Source: a virus (lineage: Duplodnaviria > Caudoviricetes). From it: 51,247 nt of DNA. The stretch spans positions 1-51,247 of the IMG/VR virus record IMGVR_UViG_3300005526_000002; one strand, 5' to 3'. A program made the position numbers and the translations under genes. The notes under the pieces were generated by a model. It was not told where the DNA came from and did no database searches. It saw nothing but the letters and a program-made list of their open reading frames with translations. Shown here one piece after another: positions 46,201 through 51,247 of this stretch; the first letter of the stretch is position 1; every line of letters starts with the position of its first letter.

Positions 46201-46990
46201 CCGCCTGCGATAGCTGCGCCTGTTTCTGGTTGAATTGCTCTACAACTTGCTTTGCGCTGTTCAATTTTGCGGTAACGGTACCGCGCTGTGCATCCCATTC
46301 CGATTTGAACTTGGGAACGTTGTTTTCGGTCATGCCGAGCGATGAAAGACTGCTATCTTTCAAAACCATCTTGCGAACGCTGTCATACGCGGTTTGCGTT
46401 GGCGCAGAATTGAGTTGATCTACAATACTGGACGCTTTTTCAGCCTGCTTTCCAAGTGCATTGACGCCTTCGTCCATGTACAAATCGGCGCGTGCACCCT
46501 GTCCCGCGCCATGCAGACCGCGATAAGCATCAAAATTTCCGTTTTCGCGCCATTCGCGCAGCGCTTCTTCCGTGATGTCTCCCGGTCCTGCCGTTGGCGA
46601 CATGGAACGGGTCAAACCCATGTTTTTAGCGAGCGCTTGGTTGGTTTGCTGCGTCTGTTTTGCCTGCCTGATCTGTTCGATCTTCAGATTGGCGTCAATG
46701 ACTTCCTGTTGCTTGGCTTTCGCCTGATCTTCAAACAGAAAATTGAAAACAGGATTGGTTGCGCCAACCATTGCCTTGTTGCGTGTGGCGGTTAGCTGTT
46801 CTTCGGCCGCGTCAAGCGGGTTTTGAGCGGCTGCGGCGGTCGGTGACATGGGCGCAGCGATGTTGCTGCCCATTGGCCCCGCACCAATGGCAGGATTTCG
46901 CGGCGTCAAATCAATCGGTTCTTCGACAATTCTGCGCGGATTGATGCTCAAATCCGGTCCAGCCGAAAGATCAACGCCTTCATCTGCCAT
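43274..46990 (-). CDS. Large internal virion/ejection protein with lytic transglycosylase-like domain
   Basis: 1238 aa, helical; KVESGG...SASGAFQFTNATW...YVAHNLG lysozyme-like motifs; GxxxG-rich segments. Confidence 0.8.
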   Translation of the reverse strand: MADEGVDLSAGPDLSINPRRIVEEPIDLTPRNPAIGAGPMGSNIAAPMSPTAAAAQNPLDAAEEQLTATRNKAMVGATNPVFNFLFEDQAKAKQQEVIDANLKIEQIRQAKQTQQTNQALAKNMGLTRSMSPTAGPGDITEEALREWRENGNFDAYRGLHGAGQGARADLYMDEGVNALGKQAEKASSIVDQLNSAPTQTAYDSVRKMVLKDSSLSSLGMTENNVPKFKSEWDAQRGTVTAKLNSAKQVVEQFNQKQAQLSQAVPIADEKAAKAVTGQISFSNGEEIPNLKAVALPGAGGAQGGLAQPGSKDIGNYGKTWSNSTPEQVKTVREQLAAEEIKGAIAKYKISKDFYLTANNPKMFESATGEALLSDKLGAIGRDLAEGSKAAGSIGLTKMLDAKYGSVDSFLNSATKNYAAYRAWVDGGMKGEVPKLQPRMTPASIQGFKDIAAFELQTNKNELGRIGQPIETAGRAGIDLNKTGLDKESQATVKDVYDEATQKAKLDMDKYPAIIKGDRRIFLPQDARVPGMIPAGSYAAGLPKAIPPANGASGTPAVPPETSAATVPSTIGGGSNPNRGVSPDYLIKTAKVESGGRWDATASTTSASGAFQFTNATWNENKPAGAPARAADATPQQQTEAANNLTNKNTAALAKAGIPVNDTTAYVAHNLGSAGAVKFISAPDNAKARDVVGKEAADNNPLFFKGNPTVGEVKARYQAVMNADKQPTPEQVAAYNANKESFAAQRAKMAANATQNAANIAPALGAVAGSVVSPVAGTLAGGAAGGAVKNYFTGTPEQQTIPGYVGAAGKGVVEALPMAIPGAGPAAMAARVAAGGLGQAGIAAAEGADAGDIINAGVGGAAGATLGEGAGVFGHAMWSKFSPVAKAEMLDAAKVVATQEPKIAGAAGKMVDNPEYKKAVQSLKSIGKDPEQAAHDYRAVEAGMPKGEALAQRPAEVERAKVGKEYEAIKSDVTAAGVGAPKASPALTDGPMSTIRTPANPSGTVPERYAGVAQHAEIAVTAPAKSWGQKWEQLGQARSELLKGERDALASTATNKGEAAQAMRDMADSIRTQQEKLARHVMGPKADAIIQRLEAADVRYARAMTASGDGDIVKAIAQGGQKGREAQAAFDALAANDPAAKRMVRSLVEMEKSLGKRLGVGAAVLAGAATLHYIPVVGTAAAATVSTVKAGQMLRDYMAKRGAGAVVKFSDLVDREAKASFARRAGATIGSSVGGQLAR

Positions 46991-46992
46991 AG

Positions 46993-47040
46993 AAAAACCC
47001 CTTGCTTCGGTTCCAACTTAACACGGAACGAAACAAGGGG
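46993..47040 (-). terminator. Intrinsic terminator upstream of the ejection gene
   Basis: CCCCTTGTTTCG...CGAAGCAAGGGG followed by TTTTT on the minus strand. Confidence 0.7.
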
Positions 47041-47055
47041 CAATGTGACGTGTTT

Positions 47056-47340
47056 TCAAGCAGTTGGCTGCGTATTCGCGGCAACTGCGTCCGAAAGTGC
47101 TTTGGTCTTGGCTGTGACTTCCGCCGCCAGTGCCGTAACCTTGGCCGGGTCGCCTGCGGTCGCGGCGATTTGCGCCGACAAGCCATTGAGAAGTGTAATA
47201 GCGCTATCAATCACGGTATTTTCCGCCGTGACAGCGGCAATGAGTTGATCCATTCTGCGCTCCAGTTTTTCCATTCTTTGCTCCAAATAAACAGCCCATG
47301 GCGGTGGAGCGTTTCGCCATGCCAGAAATCTATGCCACAT
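47056..47340 (-). CDS. Ala-rich helical hypothetical protein
   Basis: AGG RBS; V...TVIDSAITLLNGL...DPA...L..AVAANT pattern. Confidence 0.7.
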   Translation of the reverse strand: MWHRFLAWRNAPPPWAVYLEQRMEKLERRMDQLIAAVTAENTVIDSAITLLNGLSAQIAATAGDPAKVTALAAEVTAKTKALSDAVAANTQPTA

Positions 47341-47566
47341 CTTTTTGCTCTGTTACTACCGGGTACACCATGCCGTCAGCATAGCGCCACTCTCCCGATA
47401 GCCCCATGACACGCATGGTTTCCAGCCATAATTCTTTCGACTTCATCACAACTGCTTTCTGTTCCGCCAAAAATCTGGCCATGGCGGCATTGACTGCAAC
47501 GTCATGGATAATCAGGTCATCGAAAGCTGCCGCGAGTTGATCCGGTACCTTCACGCCATTGGACAT
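47330..47566 (-). CDS. Hypothetical protein
   Basis: AAGG RBS; coupled. Confidence 0.6.
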   Translation of the reverse strand: MSNGVKVPDQLAAAFDDLIIHDVAVNAAMARFLAEQKAVVMKSKELWLETMRVMGLSGEWRYADGMVYPVVTEQKDVA

Positions 47567-47570
47567 TTTA

Positions 47571-47804
47571 TTACCTTGGTAAGTGTATGCCGCCTATCAG
47601 GCAGGACAGCAGGGCGAAAATAATATAGACGCACATGATCGCCACCACAGCCCAAAGCACAATGTTGATAATTTGTGCGACAAGCGGGATGCCAATCAAT
47701 CCGGTGAGGAATGGAACTAGTAACTTGATGATGGAAACGATTGCGATAACGATAATCAACCAAATACAAAGTTGTTCAATCCATCCCAATGAGAAACAGC
47801 CCAT
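47571..47804 (-). CDS. Small two-TM membrane protein
   Basis: Strongly hydrophobic 77 aa; AAGGG RBS. Confidence 0.7.
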   Translation of the reverse strand: MGCFSLGWIEQLCIWLIIVIAIVSIIKLLVPFLTGLIGIPLVAQIINIVLWAVVAIMCVYIIFALLSCLIGGIHLPR

Positions 47805-47808
47805 GGCG

Positions 47809-48006
47809 TTATCCCTTCAATTTTGGCAAACAAAGCGTTGCCTGTGCTTCTAACATTAATTCAGGGTCAATGTTCCATACATGAGATATGTCAGGGTAGC
47901 GCTGCATAACGTCTTGCGCCGCGACTACCGTAACAACTGCCGCCCGGCGAGACTTGCCGGGAAATTTCCATTCCAGTATGACTGGGTTATTTGATTTTGT
48001 GATCAT
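47809..48006 (-). CDS. Hypothetical protein
   Basis: 65-aa ORF in a co-oriented cluster. Confidence 0.45.
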   Translation of the reverse strand: MITKSNNPVILEWKFPGKSRRAAVVTVVAAQDVMQRYPDISHVWNIDPELMLEAQATLCLPKLKG

Positions 48007-48174
48007 TCAAAATCCATGTCTTGGAAACATCATGCGCGATGCAATATCGCGGGTATAGATGCATCCCTATCACTTCAAACGACTTCCAAACCAAACCCTC
48101 GCTAACCATGGTAGTTAGTTCCCTGCTTGGAACCATAGGACCGCGCGACCATTGCTCTGTCAATACCGCCATTA

Positions 48175-48576
48175 TCAAGTGGCGTTCTTGTACCTGATTT
48201 GATTGCGACTTTGCTCCGACTTCGTTGCCCAAATCAGGTTCGCTTCCCTGTCGTCCAGAGTGTTGTTGTTCTTATGGTCCGCAGTATGGACGGCAGACGG
48301 TCGAACTTTTCCAGCCAACCTTAACACTTCGTGCGAAAGTAGCAAGGTAACCTTTCGGCCACCACGCCAGACGCAGCGGCGGCCATAGACATGACCGGCG
48401 TAGCATCTGGACGATACCTTAAACGTCCATTTCCACTTGACCAGTTCGGGGTGGAATTTTGCGTCAACGATGGTTTGGTACTGGTTACGCGAGCCAAGAT
48501 ATAAAATCCGCGTTTCATCCGAATGCATATGCGATCCATCCCAAGGCAATGATAGCGAATATGACGATAGCGGCAA
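48175..48576 (-). CDS. HNH endonuclease
   Basis: ADHKNNNTLDDREANLIWAT..EQ..N; true start probably near 48528. Confidence 0.8.
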   Translation of the reverse strand: MPLSSYSLSLPWDGSHMHSDETRILYLGSRNQYQTIVDAKFHPELVKWKWTFKVSSRCYAGHVYGRRCVWRGGRKVTLLLSHEVLRLAGKVRPSAVHTADHKNNNTLDDREANLIWATKSEQSRNQIRYKNAT

Positions 48577-48593
48577 CGGTTAGCAAATCACGC

Positions 48594-48842
48594 TTAACCA
48601 TCCTTAGCCGCCTTTGCGCACAACTCCGCTACTTCATCAAGTCCAAACCCGGAAGCGACTGCGTTTGCTTCCATGCATCTGTTAGCGGCTTGGAAGAAAG
48701 TTAATGGCGTCGTTGTGTCATTGTGTGCAGCAACTTCACGCAACGCCGCTGCGGCTTCTTTGAGCAGTAGCGTCGGGTCACCAGACGATTGATACAGCGC
48801 GCGGTCCATACATCGTTTAGCCAAACCTAGTAAATCAGTCAT
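48594..48842 (-). CDS. Hypothetical protein
   Basis: Internal duplication AKRCMD / ANRCME; start uncertain. Confidence 0.5.
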   Translation of the reverse strand: MTDLLGLAKRCMDRALYQSSGDPTLLLKEAAAALREVAAHNDTTTPLTFFQAANRCMEANAVASGFGLDEVAELCAKAAKDG

Positions 48843-48859
48843 CTTTGTATACCCTTGGT

Positions 48860-49069
48860 TCAATCATTGCGGCCATACCGTTGCCAAGCAATCGGGAGAA
48901 TGCTTGCCTTGGTTTTACACATACTATAGAGCGGCGTGTTCTGACAAACGAATGCGCCATGGGCATGATCGAAATCAGGATGCCACTCTGGTTTAGCGCG
49001 AAACTCGAAAGATGCCACGCCAACAGCTAGCGCTATCGCGACAATACCAATTAACACAAGTTTAATCAT
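48860..49069 (-). CDS. Signal/TM-bearing hypothetical protein
   Basis: MIKLVLIGIVAIALAVGVA N-terminus. Confidence 0.5.
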   Translation of the reverse strand: MIKLVLIGIVAIALAVGVASFEFRAKPEWHPDFDHAHGAFVCQNTPLYSMCKTKASILPIAWQRYGRND

Positions 49070-49249
49070 TGCTCTCGCCTTTCCAGTATTGGCATTTGTT
49101 TGACGAATACGCGCACACGATCCCAATCGTGCGTACAGTACAGGATGCCGTCCCATGGCATGCCTTTGAGAAAAACGTACCAGCCACCACGGCTAGCCTT
49201 GTAGACTAGCAAGCCGCGTTTCGCTGCCATGGCGCGAACTGTTTCCGGG

Positions 49250-49447
49250 TTAACCCTGCGTTTCATCTTGCACCGTTGCCCTGTAGTCCGCAATTGCTTC
49301 CATTGGCGTTGAGCCGATGCCCTTATAGACGCCTTCGTCATTCTCGCCAGTTACGCCATATTCACCATTCGGGAACCGAGTGACCCTAACTATTACATTA
49401 TCTGCCGGGAAATACACATCGCGGCTTTCGTACACTTTGAGGAACAT
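49250..49447 (-). CDS. Hypothetical protein
   Basis: GGAG RBS before MFLKV; G.G.TP.EAI pattern. Confidence 0.55.
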   Translation of the reverse strand: MFLKVYESRDVYFPADNVIVRVTRFPNGEYGVTGENDEGVYKGIGSTPMEAIADYRATVQDETQG

Positions 49448-49621
49448 GGCGCTATCTCCAAAACGCTGTTGCAATGTCATACGATAGCACTAACGCAAAC
49501 AGGAACGCAAGCGCAAATATCACGCGCACGCAATTGATCGCTGTTTTCTTTCCGAACGCAAACGCAATCAGCGCCAGCAACCCGGCTAGCGCCAATCCGT
49601 AATGACTGCGGTGGTGGTAAC

Positions 49622-49894
49622 TCACGTTTTACGTCCCGTTACCTTGAGCGTTTCAACGAGCGTTCGGCGCAGATACGGCGCTTTGAGTTCATCCGGCATA
49701 CTCTTAACATCTACCGTTTCGCGTTCCGACAACGATATGGTGCATTCGTGCAAGGTACCAATAACGCGATCTTTGCCCAATGCCTTCAATGCCGCAACGA
49801 GCGCCTTTTCCCTGACTTGTAGTTCCGCAATCTTGGCCTTAACATCCGCGAGTTCATCGACCGCAATAACCGGAATTAAAACGTGCATGTTCAT
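49622..49894 (-). CDS. Hypothetical protein
   Basis: AAGGA RBS before MNMH; DELA.VKA.IAEL coiled coil. Confidence 0.6.
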   Translation of the reverse strand: MNMHVLIPVIAVDELADVKAKIAELQVREKALVAALKALGKDRVIGTLHECTISLSERETVDVKSMPDELKAPYLRRTLVETLKVTGRKT

Positions 49895-49949
49895 GACTTC
49901 AATCCTTCTAACTACCGGTAACGTTATCGCAAACAAATAAGGCAGGATT

Positions 49950-50396
49950 ATGACACTTCCGACAATTTATCAACCAGCACGTTTCGAGTTGTTAGAAATA
50001 GCAGGCGCAGGGGCGAAAGGTCTAAAGCAGCCTGCACGCGAATTGATGCCGATCAAACGCGAAATGTTAGACATGAATGACCATGCGGCCGAACTGGTAC
50101 TAGACGCATGTTACATGCTGTTTGCCGCGATCCTTAGCTATGAAGGCGCGTTGATGACACAGCGCAAGGCAAAGCGCCATGACGACGCTGTGACACTCGT
50201 TCAAGCACGCATCGAAGCAGGCCGAGCGGAAGGCGTCGTCTGTAGCCTATTCTATGGCCCATGTGCACAATTGATCCTTGAGGCAATGAACCGCGCGCCC
50301 ATCGCATTCAATGGTCTTGCCAAGGGTTCGCCAAAGCTGAAAATAATTGACCGGTGTCAGCTTGCAATTGCATCTCGCGGTAAAGCCGCTCAATGA
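49950..50396 (+). CDS. Hypothetical protein
   Basis: AGGA RBS; 148 aa, helical. Confidence 0.6.
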   Translation: MTLPTIYQPARFELLEIAGAGAKGLKQPARELMPIKREMLDMNDHAAELVLDACYMLFAAILSYEGALMTQRKAKRHDDAVTLVQARIEAGRAEGVVCSLFYGPCAQLILEAMNRAPIAFNGLAKGSPKLKIIDRCQLAIASRGKAAQ

Positions 50397-50493
50397 CAAA
50401 GCGCAAATATGCACTCGCATTCATGTTGTTATGTTCCGCTAATCGCTTAATCATTGCCCGGTGATTTGGCTCAATATTGTACGTAACAAGCAT
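50308..50493 (-). CDS. Ribbon-helix-helix-like DNA-binding protein
   Basis: AGGAGG RBS; VTYNI strand + IKRLAE...ASAYLRFVI helices. Confidence 0.6.
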   Translation of the reverse strand: MLVTYNIEPNHRAMIKRLAEHNNMNASAYLRFVIERLYREMQLQADTGQLFSALANPWQDH

Positions 50494-51172
50494 ATTAACC
50501 TCCTATTGTAGATCGACCGGGCTTACCACAATTTCTCTAACATTTAAATAGGCCTTCTGAGTCTGTCTTTGTTAGAAAGTAAGATAATAGAATTAACAAA
50601 GCAATATCAATTAGATGTAACTTTACACCGGTAAAGCGGTACCTGTTAGAAACAGCTCTTTTTTGTAAGATAATTAGAAGGTATCATGGTAATCTTACAT
50701 TTTCACTGATATATAGTAAAGAACGAGCACTTTTTGGACCCTCGTTTTGAGTAAAATCAATGGCTTACGATCTAACCATAACAGCAAAAACCGGCCTTGT
50801 TAGACCATTTGTTAGTTAGATATTTACCCGTGAATTTAGTGCTTGCATGGTACCGCATAAAATGTTAGAACGTATTTGCGGCCTTGGGTTTGGGGTCCAA
50901 CCATGGCTTCTAACACAACCATTTGGTGTATACAGTTAGATTTGCAATTACTGAAAATCCGAAATCGCCGCCCATGCGTTATTTCTAACATGGTGTCACA
51001 TGGTACCAAAAAACTGCAAAACGCATGGGCGGCCACCTAATAGCCGGGAAACCTGTCAAGCACTAATTTGCGATAACGCTATCTTTTATTTGTAACAATA
51101 CGTGATTACAAAGTGCTTGTCTTTTGCGTGGTACCTGATACGTTAGCGTTATCGAAAACGGGAGACAGGCAA
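50494..51172. other. AT-rich non-coding control region (candidate origin, packaging or early-promoter region)
   Basis: About 680 bp without a credible ORF; multiple TGTTAGA and ATGGTACC repeats and a 14-bp inverted repeat. Confidence 0.6.
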
Positions 51173-51247
51173 ATGTTTAGACTTCAAGCGTTACAAGTTG
51201 GCGGTTATTGGTCAACGGTTCTGGAACTTGCTTCGGAACGTGAAGCA
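51173..51247 (+). CDS. 44-aa hypothetical protein spanning the circular junction (continues to TAG at 118-120)
   Basis: GGAGACAGGCAA-ATG leader identical to that of ORF 141; MFRLQALQVGGYWSTVLELASEREAINAMQKRIERNPRGRYRIA. Confidence 0.65.
   Translation, partial: MFRLQALQVGGYWSTVLELASEREA
51188..51247. repeat. Terminal 60-bp direct repeat, right copy
   Basis: Identical to 1-60. Confidence 0.95.

Noticed and set aside
28057-46944. Many long + strand ORFs antisense to late genes (e.g. 28057, 35383, 36384, 44597)
   Set aside because: Shadow ORFs of Gly/Ala/Thr-rich genes with no RBS or motifs
51188-51247. 60-bp end repeat as a biological terminal repeat or att site
   Set aside because: It lies exactly at both contig ends and falls inside an ORF that reads through the join; this is typical of assembler circular overlap
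1-51247. tRNA, rRNA, integrase or transposase
   Set aside because: No cloverleaf/T-loop signature or recombinase motifs recognised by eye; tRNAscan-SE and HMM searches are needed to exclude them formally

Overview
The window is an apparently complete, circularly assembled dsDNA phage genome of about 51,187 bp; bases 1-60 recur exactly at 51188-51247. It looks like a podovirus: P22 gp4/gp10-like tail proteins, ejection-type proteins and no tape measure. The host is probably an alphaproteobacterium, since GANTC looks depleted by eye. Replication genes lie on the + strand: primase-helicase, SF2 helicase, Cas4-like DUF2800 nuclease, DUF2815 SSB, PolA and VRR-NUC. Virion genes are scattered over both strands (portal, GroES and scaffold on +; capsid, TerL and tail on -) and are interleaved with small + strand islands. 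No integrase, HTH repressor, tRNA or standalone endolysin was recognised. The most unusual feature is an 8 kb late-region block (33.3-41.1 kb) with six signal-peptide-bearing, Cys/Ser/Thr-rich, partly paralogous proteins and an O-antigen ligase/O-oligosaccharyltransferase-like gene. This is a candidate phage-encoded export-and-glycosylation system. Other observations include an AAGCATGCTT palindrome written into all three frames of the primase-helicase gene, two families of palindromic operator-like sites, zero-gap convergent gene junctions and a PolA with a YDS motif C. All product calls come from motif recognition by eye; no database searches were run.
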